From assembly GCF_023055435.1 (NCBI RefSeq), contig NW_025964223.1:41044001-41108000 (forward strand): a stretch of DNA of 64,000 nucleotides, in the 5' to 3' direction. Below are positions 11,469 through 25,000 of the stretch, piece by piece. Every line of letters begins with the position of its first letter. The stretch's first letter is position 1. The notes below the pieces were generated by a model, which was given only the letters and a program-made list of their open reading frames with translations, was not told where the DNA came from and did not search any database. This stretch comes from Haliotis rufescens (taxonomy: Eukaryota). The position numbers and the translations under genes are program-made.

Positions 11469-14400
11469 AGCTTTTAAATCTCAGTCCTCAGGAGCACACT
11501 ACGTCCTTTTTGTATGTCCGTGGATACACAACACGCCGACTCTATTCAGGCATTACATGTCGTTAAACTGTTGTGCTCAGTATGTAGCGAGTCGCCTGTA
11601 GGAATGTCCCACACATACGCAACTGAATCACTGGCAATGTCCACAACGTTCGTAGGTTCATGGCAGCACGTAATCACTCCTGAGACATCTTCAATGTGTC
11701 AATTGCCGTCCCCTTGAATCATCCGGGTAGACAGGAACACCTAACATCTGAGTCTTACACATATCACTCAGGCGAAAAGTAGTGTTTCAATGTAAGCTGA
11801 AACATGAAATGTTATAACCAGGACAATGTAGATACGAATTCAAAAACCTCACAAGGTAGCTTAGAATTGCTGATAGCAAATATGCATGAGTAAACGCAAC
11901 TTCTGACATGACATAACAAGACAAAACGGACCTACGAATACTGGACTGCTTTCACCACCATTGCCATCAACGAACAGGGAAGTAAAATGACTGTAAACAT
12001 GTATGTTTAATGAAGCGTAAATGTAACTACATGCGTATAGCACAATGTCCTTTTCTCGTCAGCCAGGTCGACTCTTGCTATACAGCAGAGAACTTCCTTG
12101 TGCTTGTTTCGTATTCCGGTTCAACAAGGGTTATTTTGCAAAGTATTGTGGTTATTAGCATTCTTATAGCTAACAATCGGCTGGGGGTAGGGGATGTGAG
12201 GAGGGGGTGGTGGTGTGTGACCAGAGGTACGGGTAGCATGTGTGTATGTGTGCGTGTGTGTCAGGGTGGTGTGGGGTTGGTACTGCGAGTGAACTGATTT
12301 TCATGCTGGATGGTTGTGCATACATTGTATACATCGAAATGTGACATGCATTACTTACAACTGTAAAGAGTGTTTTTAATTATCCACCACGAGCAGGTTT
12401 TGGTACTTCAAATAGAGCGGAATGTATGGAACTTTCAATTTCCAGTAATGAACTGCTTATAGACGTGTGCTTTCAGGTGTTAGCATTTGATAATGGGTTA
12501 GTAATATGATGAATAAAACATATTATAAATCATCTTCAGTTGGAGAGTAATTTAGGACCGATGATGGCGGGAAACACATCAACTATGACTCTCTAAGGTG
12601 AGTAAGCGGTAGGCTTACTGAATATATTGACGGAAAACTGTGTTCCGGAAGTTATTTCGACACTTTTTTTACGATACATCAAATGTTTGCAATAGTGCTT
12701 GATACCAGCCTTGTGTTCGGGTGATGAAGCAGTTTAAATGTCTGATCTGGATATTGTTCATTGAAAATTGACACAACAGGCAAATATATACAGGTCATAT
12801 GAGGGGATGACTTTAGAATGATGGCAGGCGGTATTACACATCTAAGAAAACATAAATAGAATAATGTGTGGTATATCTAATATGTAAGAGAAACATTTTA
12901 TGTTTTATTCCACAGTTTACCTTTTTAAAAGTCATTTACATGACTTGAAAGTAAACGTAAGAACAGGATTGGTCTTTTAGCTTGAATTGGTATGGGTGGC
13001 GGCTAAGATATTCAAAGAATAGACAACGTCAGTTCAAATATTGTTATCTGAAAAAGGTAAACTACAAATATATACAAACACGGTTTCCTCAATTGTTAGC
13101 AATATAAGAAATCATTATCAGTGTAAGAGAAATGCGTGTGACAGCTTTCAGCAGTTGTGATGTATATATGGGTTCAGACATAGGTGATTGTGGTGACATG
13201 ACCCTTTCGTCCATTGTAAACAATCTTTAATATTGCTAACTTTAATTTCCTAGATTTCCGTAAAAATATGACAGTGTGTTCCAAATTTGTTTGACTGCGA
13301 TGGTACCGCGTGTAAGTATATATAACAAGTGGAATCAGACAATGTTGACTTTCTGACAAGTGTTGCTGGATTGAAGGTATTCAGGGCAATATTGCAATAG
13401 AACGTATTGTGACATTTGCGGGAAAAGCATGACATAACACAACGTTCGCAACATACTGCATGATGTATTAAGAGTACCAATTGTCACAGAGCTATCATAC
13501 CAGGACAATGTTGGCCATGCATTTACATATCAATGTAAACGTGACTTAAAGAAAAGTATTGTTTTGTGTCATAATTAATTGTCTACATATGTTTGCTCAT
13601 TTGCTCTTGTATACCATGTCTGTCATCAATTTAGCATTCTTTATTTCGTATCAAGTTACTTATCATTAATAGCATTGACTCAACTGTGTGAATGATGTAG
13701 ATAGTTTCCATCATAGGAATGAATACAGTTAAGTCCACGAGGACGCGATGTCTTAGCGTTTACATAGGTTAGACCCCGAGACGCGGGATCCGAGTGGCCT
13801 TACCGTCTTAACCTCTCACCATCACTAATTAATAGTGATTTAAAAACACGCGATTATTATATACAATGGATTATGGAAATATCGCTTATGTTTCCATGTC
13901 TATTTTAGCCTGTCGGTGCAGACCCCTGCCGGCAACACACGTTTTATGTCATTTTTTTCTCTCATCATATTAGATTGCAGACAAAAATAAACATTGAATC
14001 ATCATCGACATAATCTGATTCATGTGAAAGTAATCATTTACGTATACTTTAAATATACCTATCTAAGACCTGTCTAACGATACGATCTGTAGTCGAATTG
14101 ATAAAAAAAACAATACTGGATGATGAACAAAGATGTTTCAATGGAATATGATTTTTTATTTCGAAAGGGACTGTTTTGCCCATTGTAGGCAATGCTTAAT
14201 ATTGTTAAGTTACATTTTCATGATTTCCGTAAAAATATGATTGTGGTCTTTTTAAATTTGTTTTACTGCGAAGGTATCGTGTCCAAGTATACAACATAAA
14301 TTGAACTGGATAATACTGACGTTCTGACAAGTGTTGCTGAATTTTCGGTATGAAATGATATGAACATTGCCATAAAACACATTGTGACATTTAGAGGAAA

Positions 14401-14696
14401 AGCATGATACTACACAAAGGGAAAGTTTGCAACATGATCTTACATGTATGAATAGTACCACTCGACACAGCGCTATCATACCAGGAAAGTGTGGGCTTTG
14501 TCGTTAGATATAAATGCAAACGTGACTTCAGGAAGAAAATGTATTGCTTTGTGTCATAATTAATTGCCCACACATGTTGGTGCTTTTGCTCTTTCACAAC
14601 ATGTATGCACCTGCTATCAATTTAGAATATTATTAAAATATCCCTTTCAAAGTATGTCAGTGACAAAAATTATGTCCGATGCAATTCCCTATTTTG

Positions 14697-14795
14697 AGTG
14701 AGTGAGTGAGCATGGTTTTAGGCCGCCGGGAATCGAACCCGGGTCTTCGGCGTGTCGAGCGAACGCTTTAACCACTAGGCTACCCGACCACGCCC
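14697..14795 (-). mobile_element. tRNA-derived SINE with internal deletion, next to a poly-C run
   Basis: Head and (CACT)n tail of the 23040 family joined directly. Confidence 0.8.
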
Positions 14796-14859
14796 GCCAC
14801 CCCCCCCCCCCCCCCCCCCCCCCCCCCAAACCCAAACCTCTGGAGCAATAGCTTGAGTG

Positions 14860-15375
14860 TTGATATTAGATGTTAACATATGGACCATCTTCACTGACAG
14901 TAAACATAGGCAGGCCCTTCACAACTGGTTATACGCCCGTAGCTACATGTATGTTCGTCACCATCGTCACTTGCATCACAATGTATTCCATCGTAGACAT
15001 GTGTCATCATAATGACTGAGGCCAGAGTTGGTGGTGTCACAGGTGGGAATTAGGTCATCTTGTCCTTTTGATCTTTTAGGGATCCTTTGCATATCATGAA
15101 CTGACGTGTAAGTATGTGATGAATTACCGTGCGAGTTTCCCCTGGATAGATTGTTTACCCTGCTGCAGTAATAAACGTTTTACATACCGTAATTAGTTAA
15201 TATTAGTGATATTACCGAAATATTGCTTAAAACGGCATAAAATGATTCTTATTCACTCACTCATATATAACTCGACCAGTTTCATGTACTTGTAGTTTCA
15301 TGATGAGCACCACTATGATGAGACCCAGGACACGACACGCCACTGCTAATGGTAACACAATACGTCTAGTGTCTT
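14860..15375 (-). pseudogene. Relic copy F: TM and tail exons only of the receptor family
   Basis: TM-like DTRRIVLPLAVACRVLGLIIVVLIM (~15372-15295) with the donor site lost. Tail-like RVNNLSRGNSHGNSSHT...QDDLIPT has the first Tyr deleted and a frameshift. No upstream exons are recognisable. Confidence 0.75.
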
Positions 15376-16439
15376 TAATGTGAGCACACCGGCGTCATTA
15401 TGTGGCGATATTGCATTCATCACAATTTTGCTCTATTCAAGTTGAGGTAAAAAGCATTTCACAATTATTTCAGTAACTGCACACACCCACCCACCCTTGG
15501 TGCCTTGTAATGCAGTGTTATCCCTAACGTTGCATTTTAAAGAGTATATGATCATGTGCGCATATCGGGCGATTCGCACACGAATATACGGACAGATGTG
15601 AGGTGAATAAAATAGGGTGAAACGTTGCTTTCAAGATTATTGTACTTTTATAGCGACGTGCATGCACGCATGTGTGACTGCTTGTACTATTCTGGACCAA
15701 TTCCGCTTTAATTTTATAGTGCTCGCTCACTGAAATAACACGCAACAGTTTAACATTGATACCCAACTCGGACACAATATACGGACTCCGAACCGATCTC
15801 TGCTTGCTTTATCCCCTCAATGCCGAGCGCCAGGCAGGGTAACAACAAGTACCATATATTTAACGTCTTTGGTATGACGCGGCCGAGAATTAAACCACTG
15901 TTTGGCCTACCGCTATTTCCACTAGATAACGGAAGCGGCCTCTTTTTCAATTTTCAGGCTTATCAGCGATCTGCGTTTTCCACCTTTGAATGAAAGCAGT
16001 GGATTTTCCAATATAGCTAGTCTATTATGTGAAGTTTATCTGCAAGCTTTATATATTCAGGGTGTTTCTGCAATGCAGGAGACCATTGAGTAAACAACTT
16101 ATGAGAGGAAATATATATATGTACGTACATTATCTGTAAAGCATTCGAAAGATACACACATTCACATAGGGGAAGTGTTTTGCTGTGGGGAAGTGAAAGT
16201 AACTATGATCCTCGTCAGACAGTTTTTTGCTCCATGTACGTTAATGACGTGGTTCTTTGTGATCATGTAGTGCTCAGAAAATTACTTTCAAATGTTGGCA
16301 TGTTGTGTGTACACAGTAATACTGAGGAAGTTGAATTAGACATTGACTATGTCGGTAAGATGTTTATTATAAGATGTATGCCTTGAGTGATGTTCGTTGA
16401 CGTGATTGTTTACAAATAGGTTTCGTATGCGAAGTATGC

Positions 16440-16630
16440 TTCTTTAGCGCTACTCTTCTTACAGTACCTCTACCATTATCAGTTGAATTGGCAAGTGGCG
16501 TCCTTGCAGTCATAGTGATCCCATCCCATATCATTACCGACCCATCCCAAAATCTGTCAAGTCTGCTAAAACAAGGCCAGAGTGCCGATGTACAAAACGA
16601 TATTAGTGCTAATGTGATCGTAACTCCCAT
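16440..16630 (-). mobile_element. Older Tc1-like transposase fragment
   Basis: LDRFWDGSVMIWDGITMTARTPL resembles the Tc1 DRFGGGSVMVWGGI..xRTxL motif. Confidence 0.6.
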
Positions 16631-17334
16631 ACCTTAAGACAGACTTGCGGCAGTCGTAGCGCTGAGGTTGTTTTGTACAATGGTACCCTGGTCGGCAGGG
16701 AGTGTGAGTGGGTTGTCCATGTTAAGACTGCGGCATGCTATATCTGTTGACTAGCACAAAAAAACCTCGCATTACAAGCAGTCACACGCACTTGCATAAA
16801 CTTGCATAAACGTCCCTATATATATCCCAAAAAATATCGGATGATGAACAAAGATAATTATTGGAATATGAATATTTTATTTCGGAAGGAAAGTAAAAAC
16901 GCATAATCACATATGTTCAAAGCTGAGAGTAATAATGATTCATAACAAAGCAGATAAACTGAATATATTTATCAAAAAATGATGATTGATCAGTTGATAA
17001 ATGAAATATTGTGAAATGTTATGGAATGAGGATATAACTAGAATGTGTATAATATGGAACAAATATGGAACTCCTTTTCAAACTTAAGAGAAATAATTAC
17101 GAAAATAAAGTTTATATGTATACGTTGGCCTTTATAGAAACACTGGTTAGTCTCACGCTGAATATACAGACCACTATTTTGTTTCAAAGATATGTGAAAA
17201 AGCATAACCAGATATGTTCATAGCTTAGAATAATATTAATTCATAACGAAGTAGGTAAACTAAATTTAATTATCAAGCAAGCTGATTGATCAGGTGATAA
17301 ACGAATCTTTGAAAAATGGGGTGGAATGAGGATT

Positions 17335-18607
17335 TACCACAAAGCCATTGAAAACACAATAGCTTTTGATGAGCGTACTTGTGAAAAGAGCAATTGCCCC
17401 AAACCTTTTCAAACATCATGATAGTGGTGTGAGAGATATGTGTCCCCTTGTGACAATTCGGGTTCGAACCACCTTGGAGCAATGAATCAGAAAGTGAAAA
17501 GCGCAACTGTGCACACTGCACCGAAACACAATCACTGTTGCTTGACACATGCTGCACGTGAAACGCTAGATCCCAGGTTCTTTAAAAGCACCTACGAAAA
17601 TGGTCATCCGACACTTGTTCAGTATGCCAAGACTCGACCAAGCCAGCAGGAACCAAGCGATCAGAATGCTGCAAGAAGGGGCAACTCAAGTGATCGTCGC
17701 CAGACGTGTTAACGTCCATCCATGCAAGATAACTCGACTGTGGCATCGTTTCAACCTTTTGTACCTTTTGGTACTTTTGGGACCCGTCAACGCCGCTGTG
17801 TTTTGGAAAGGTGTCGCTTTGGAGGAGGCTGTACAATGGTATGGGATGTACCATCAGTTTCCGGTCCCACAGACGGTGGTTATCCAAGGCATTATGTGAA
17901 TAATACCCTTCGCCCAGCACTATTGCCATTACTGGCTCAACATGGCGCCCTACATCATCTTGTCTTCCAGCATGACAATGCACGTCCACAAGGTTCACGG
18001 GAGACTTTCTGACCAGGAACAACATCCTGCCATGTCACCTGACATGAATCCAATTGAACACTTGTAGGACGAGCTTTGACAGAGGGTTCCAACTCAACAG
18101 CAACCGCCTCAGACAGTGGCAGAGTTGACACAGTCCCCACAACATCAGGGGCGGTCGGATCGCCTGGTGGTTAAAGCGTTCGCTCGTCACGCCGAAGACC
18201 CGGGTCCGATTCCCGACATGGGTACAATGTGAAGCCCTTTCCTTGTGTCCCCGTCCTGATATTGCTGGAATATTGCTAATAGCGGCGTAAAACCATACGC
18301 ACCCACCCCCACAACATCACTGGCAGACCATTCAACAACGTTTCCTGAGTTGTCAGTCCATGCCTCGGCGACTTCAGGCATTCGTCAGTGGATATGGTGG
18401 ACATGCCCGCTATTGATCCTCGGTGGTCCCGGCTTCGTTCTGAGCCTCTGTGTCATCATCCACGGGCGTGTTTCTTACGGACTTTATTGCTAACATTTCA
18501 TGTAATGGGTGTGTTTGTCATTTTGGTTGGTTTCATTTGGTTTTCTTTCACTGTAATAAAATACACACATTCTGAACACTGAAGTGCGTTTTCAATGGCT
18601 TTGAGTA
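17335..18607 (+). mobile_element. Tc1-like DNA transposon, internally deleted
   Basis: Inverted termini cacaaagccattgaaaacacaat / agtgcgttttcaatggctttgag-TA. Transposase remnants: MPRLDQASRNQAIRMLQEG (HTH), RFGGGCTMVW, FQHDNARP and SPDMNPIEHL. Confidence 0.9.
18148..18306 (+). mobile_element. tRNA-derived SINE nested in the Tc1 element
   Basis: tRNA-like head ggggcggtcggatcgcctggtggttaaagcg...gggtccgattccc, tail gctggaatattgctaatagcggcgtaaaacc, and TSD ccccacaacatca on both sides. Confidence 0.9.
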
Positions 18608-18756
18608 TATATGGAACATGATATAGAGACATAATTTACAACATAAACTTTACATGTTATACTTGATAAGTGCAAATACGCACTGACTGATCTTATACCT
18701 GCGAATAATGGTACTATATGCTGCAACAATCTGAAACACTAGCTTGTGTGTTGTCT

Positions 18757-21700
18757 CTAGGCGTTAATGTATGGATCATCTCCACTGACCGAGTTGACGT
18801 AGGAAGGTCCTTCACTTCTGTTTATGTGACCGTAGCTATGCTCTTCACCGTCTTCACTTGCATTACGTTGTATTACATTGTAGATATTTCTTTCAACATC
18901 ATGGCTGAGGCCAGAATATGTTTTGGTGGTTCCACTGGTGGGAATAAGGTCATCTTCTCCCTGGGATCCATTAGGGATGCTCCGCACACCATAATGAACT
19001 GACGTTTCAGTATTAGATGAATTACCGTGCGAGTTCCTGGATAGCTTGTTTACCATGCTGCAGCAATAGACGTTTTGCATACGATCATTGTATAATATTT
19101 ACAAGGTTTCATATTGACTTCATAGCCAAGTGCCATAATATCACACGTATAAATCAAACAGTTTGATGTACTTACATATATATGATCAGCGCCACGATGA
19201 TGAGACCCATGATACCACACACCACTGCTAAGGGTAAAACAATACTTCCATTGTCTGAAACGAGATACATGAAGTCTTTAACGTAAAAATTTCTGCTTTT
19301 GTCTGTGCCTTCATTGCACAACTTTGGCTTACAAACACACGAGTGCGTGCGTGTATACACACACACGTGAATGCACACTCTTAACCGAAATTATTTCCAT
19401 ATTTCGTATAACAATGTCATTGTTTGTCGTTATTACATGTACATATAGATACCCGTGTGTGTTGATGACAGGGGTGTAGAGGTCAGGGATTTCATTGTGT
19501 CGGTTGATCCCGGAGCAGTAGTATAGGTAGTTCTTTCAGACAGTGTAGTGATGCCGTTGGATATCCATAGCGTTGTGGCTATTGACGTAGTTAGTGAATC
19601 TGTATGGGAAATGAAACACAATGAGTGATTTCCTCTGTGGTTAGTATGCATGGCCGTCGTGGGGATTCCTGAAAATAATACATGAGGTTCCCAGAAACCG
19701 TCGCTGGTCTTAAGAGGCGTCCAAATGGATCGGGGTGGTCAGGCTCGGTGACTTGGTTGATTGTGTATCTACGTACCCTGATGGCGTGGATCGTTGCTAA
19801 CAAATAACAATCACTGGATTGTCTGGTCCAGTTTCGATTATTTACAAACCGCCATCGTATAGCTGCAATAATAGTACGGCAAACAAACACATTGAGACCA
19901 AGTCAAACTATTTTCAGTCAGGCTCTCTGATTACACCTTCTGGAGTTGTGCTGTACTGATGTTATAGCATATTGTACAGGACAGTCTATGTAAGCTATTG
20001 CATGTTCAAGTAATTAGATACAGACTCAGGAAAACTCAAGGTAATAACACTGTTGCCATGGACCACACTAGTCTTCTCAAATGCGTGTCATCACAAATGT
20101 TGATACTCATACCCACACAAATATAATGGTAATCCAACTGATCACCGTTGACCAGGGTCATGAATCATCGTCATCAGGTGACACTCACCCATGGATGTCA
20201 AAGGTGTACTTGTTGTTGCTGCAGTGGTCAGTGTGTCCAAAGTACTTGGACTGGTTGTACCTTGTGAACGTGATGGCGCCTGTGGCGTGGGTGATGGGGT
20301 GGTTGATGCTTCCAATGTTTGTCGCCTAGAAGTTATGTTCATTTGACCTGAAGCTGTGAACAATCATTTCTGTAGCAGTCTCTAGGTTCGAGTTCCATGT
20401 TGATCTTTAATAAGTGAGGCAACTTCTGGACACGGGGGAAACTAGCTGACCATAGAGTCGTAGGTCATGTCATTTATTTACTGAGGAACTTGTTACCATA
20501 CAAATAACTGTGAATACAGTATAATATATGTTGAAACCTACTGCATACCAGTCAAGTCATCATATTTTCTTAGTATATTACGGAAGATTGTTAAAAGATG
20601 GTTTCTTTTCATCATGGCTACACTGTACTTTTCTTTTGATGGAACCAGCTGTTCTGGAGGGGCTGTCACAATTGTATTTTTCAATATAATAAATTTAACA
20701 AAACTATGTATATTTTATTGTCAGGATAGATTGGTTCATGAAAGGAATTTTATCATCGAAGTGATCGCACTGGACTAGATTGAAATAATTACGCGTTTTC
20801 TCGGAAAGCGAGGCAAAATTCTAATCAAGACCGGCAGATTCTATTTGTTAATTTATTGATAAATTGATGGTTATCAAATAAGGAGAAACGTCAAAAGATA
20901 AATTTGATGTATACTCTCATACATACCAGAAACACGTATCCATACATCTGACCAAGTCTGATCCTGGTTATCGTAGACTATTACTATTTCGGCAGCTTGT
21001 CCCGGCAACACCCTGTTGTACTCGTCTACTATCACGCTTGTCCATAGTTGTTTCCCGTCACCTGAGATGTTAAGACTCCCTGTCGTTATCCTCTCTTCTA
21101 TCAATATTACTTGTATATCCTGCCCTGTGATCCTAACAACACAGCTGCCGTTCACACCGACACTGCCAGGGAATCCCGGAGTATGGAGGTACACCGACCC
21201 GTTTACTGTTGTTCTGCCATTACCTGAACTACACATATCCATACTACCTGAAACACAATGCATATGACAAGTAGAACAACTTACATGTTAGTATTCAAAT
21301 TAGTGACATATTGTATCATAACAGGTCATATAAAGCAAATTGCTCCCATGTTGCTTGATTTCGTTTTGTCGCCCGGTTGATCAAGGCTGAAGCTGAAACA
21401 CACATGAATCACTGGAAATGGTATAGCATTATTACCAGGGCCACACTGAGGTCATGATGCAGGGGACAGTTGGCATGTAGTTCTAGTCAGTTGGCATGAG
21501 CGTCTAGTCAGGCCCTAGTCAGGAAGTTTAATCAGTTTTCAGTATCCTTTAGGTGGTAATTACAAAACGTATGCTATAATTGATGGCAATTGTGGTGAAA
21601 GATGTTATGAGAGCAGTCAAGTATTCGTACGCGCTTGTTTTTTTGTTATGTCATGAATCGGGAACAGAAGTCGGTGCAATTAAACACTTACTAGGTATCA

Positions 21701-21855
21701 TACACGTGTAACCTTGACATGTCAAGATGTATTAATGAATATTGTAACGAACAATATTTCGTTCGCAAGACTAAACACAGTTATGAGGATATCTGTATAC
21801 CGGTACTACTACCGGTACTACTACTACTACTACCACTACTGATACTACTATATAT

Positions 21856-21893
<38 letters not shown>

Positions 21894-22004
21894 GTAGCAG
21901 TAGTAGTACCAGTAATAATGATAAGGAAGAGAATTTATGGATGTCATCTGTTTTATCACGAGGAACACAATTTTTTCGGAGTATAAGCTTACTCCTTCAT
22001 CAGG

Positions 22005-22051
<47 letters not shown>

Positions 22052-25000
22052 CTGTGTAATTCTCTGAAAAATTATGCCTGTTACCATATGTGTATCTCAT
22101 ACGTACATGTAACTATGGAAGAAACTAGAGTTGTGATGATGCGAAATAATCGACACAATAGATGCACAAAGCCACAATTAAATATGTGTCTGATTACGAT
22201 AAGATCGATATTGTCCCATGTGACTTAAGTTTCATATCCTAAAAGCCTGACACGATGGATGTTTTAAATGTAATTACATTTTTGCCTTAATCAGTTGTGA
22301 AATCGTGGTGGTGGCCTCAAGGAACTACACGCTCACCTCAAGATGTGAAGTCACGGACGACGTCAGATCAATATATACAATCCAAACATGCATAACCAGT
22401 AGCAGTTATAGAATGGTGCATGATACGATGAACCGCGAATCCTTGATAACACAAGTGTTAATTCTCTACAGAAAATATACACTTGTTTGTTCCGTTTACT
22501 GACTTGCAATACATGTGCGTGTACTGTATGTCCGTTACATGCTGTCATGTTCCGATCTCCAAGCAGACACTCCATCCACAAGACCATGGAGGTAGTCCAT
22601 CATAAGACTCATCAGTAAGTCTTGCAATGACATCAACAGGCGAACATACCATGTTGCAATGACATCAACAGGATAACATACAAATTGAATGTTGCAATGA
22701 ACAAGCCAGCATACCATGTTAGTCTTACATTATTCCTGCAGTGTCTCGCAGCAAAATTAACAAATTATCAGATGTTTGTTTGTTTGTTTGTTGTTTAACG
22801 CCGCATCCGATATCAGCAATATTCTATCTACATGAGGGCGATCTGCAAATAGTCTGAGACAGACAATCCAACGATTTACATCGTGAGCATCGGCCAATGC
22901 AATTGAGATACGATGGCCTGAAATCAACCAAGTCACTGATCAGTAAGCCTGGCCACTTGATCCTGTTAGTCACCGCTAAATTGCTGAAGACCAATTCTAA
23001 TGATTAAAGGTTCTTAGGATGCGACTTCAGACTAGAGGTGGGGCGGTCGGGTAGCCTAGTGGTTTAAGCGTTCGCTCGTCACGCCGAAGACCCGGGTTCG
23101 ATTCCCGACTTGGGTACAATGTGTGAAGCCCATCTCTGGTGTCCCCAGCCGTGATATTGCTGGAATATTGCTAAAAGCGGCGTAAAACCATACTCACTCA
23201 CTCACTCAGGCTAGAGGTTGCAAAAACAACAATGCACGTCATCACCCTTATATGTCGTTATACGTTTACGCAATGATTAATCTCACTTTAATCTCACTTA
23301 AACTAGTAGTACTCCGTCGCATCAGACTAATAGAGCCAAGTAGTATTTTTTCTGATTTTAATCAAACCTAAATTTAACACATATATTTGTAAAAAAATGT
23401 TGACAATAATATTTTTGTGCATTATGCTAAAGCATGGTGTGCGCATGAATGCACTGTATCCGATAATCGGGAAAAGCTAAATAATGTTCCAGCTTTACAA
23501 CATCCTGTACATTATAATGGAATCTTGATCGGGCAAACCAGTGCACGATAACACGAGCAACGTGCCAAGATGTAGAGTAGGATGACAGTTGGTTAGACAG
23601 AACAACACTTTGTAACCATCATATCATTGCGATTTGTATGGGTGTTAGTGTGTTCTACTCCAGGAACCACCATGGAGGAAAATACATGCTTCAATGAATG
23701 CATTGTGCGATGTGCAGACAATAACAAGACTTGCAAAGAAAGAGGTTAGATGTCATGTACCACCACATCGACTGTACATGAACGGCAAACACCTACTGTG
23801 ACCAAATCAACCTTTGATAGAAAACGGAAAATAACATGGTTTTTGAACGTACAGAACATTCGCATCTGTATTTATGATTATTGGGTTTTATATCTAAAAT
23901 CATGCATGTGGGTTTAATTGAATCAGAAAGTGGTATTACTGAAAACAACGCATGTTGTTTGCATCGAGCAAGAACTAAACGAAGTGTCACCTTTGATACA
24001 GTTGTACTTTACTTCAGCAGCAGCATCTGTAAAGTTACAGTTTGTTTGGGGTGTTGCGGTTATGGCTTCACGGCATGACTGTTTCCCATTACAGTTGACG
24101 ATCAGGCCATTCTGGTTGCTGGTGTGAACCTTACTACATGCCTGTGCTGATTTCAGACGACATGTCGCGGCGTCTCCATTCCCATACGCCTCTTGCTCGA
24201 CATGTATCCATTCATCGGCAGAACACTGAAGCTGTACTGTGAAGGTTCCCGCCAACCCCTCTATACATCTGCTCCCAGTTCTTGTGTCACCTTTGAATAT
24301 AAGGTAACTCGTTCACTGTCAAATATACATCGCAAAATATAATCGAAATGTTTTTACGTCAGTCTCAGGTAAATACCACATTGAAACAAACATGCTGCAA
24401 TCAACATTGATCTGGAAGTGACAGGTGCATCAATGTATTTATGACAATTGTCAATGTAATATTGTGTGTCGAGAATGAGACAATACTGAGGAAATCATGA
24501 TGTTTACATATGTAACTGTTGAGTCGTTTATTATCGCATTCCATTTGTCACTAGACATTGCGTGTATTTATGTATTTTGCTGACAATTAAATTATATAAA
24601 CGAATCCCGTGACATTTTACAGAAGTGATGTCATGACTGACATTTATCCGTCTAAGTCTGATATAGGATATTGAATTAATATTGTAGTAATGGTCTCACA
24701 TCTTTTAGAAATAATAAAATTGTATTTGCGTAAATAAAATTATTGATGCAAAATTCCATATCTGATAGACTGTTTTGAAAGACATGTAACTTTTTGCTGT
24801 TTGATACCATCTTATGTTTCCTTGACAAATCGTGTAGCAACACCAGAAAGTGTAAATGCAAGTGCGCTGTTACATTCAGTAACATCAAGGGAGTTGAACA
24901 TTTAAGCTGTTGTGTTGTTGCATGTGTGTACTTTTAGTCACAACAAATCGCAAGTACCAGGATCAAATGGTACCATCTGTTAGTACTCAAACATTAGTAA

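Noticed and set aside
18718-19002. Hydrophobic plus-strand ORFs repeated at 29144, 52443 and 60544
   Set aside because: Antisense shadows of the receptor tail exon; their recurrence is explained by the duplication.
21719-22228. 169-aa plus-strand ORF (also 33256, 37917, 55431)
   Set aside because: Products of microsatellite or low-complexity sequence within introns or intergenic DNA.
23040-23115. tRNA gene (also 18148 and 14730)
   Set aside because: The tRNA-like head continues into a SINE body with a simple-repeat tail and TSD; no acceptor-stem closure or poly-T terminator.
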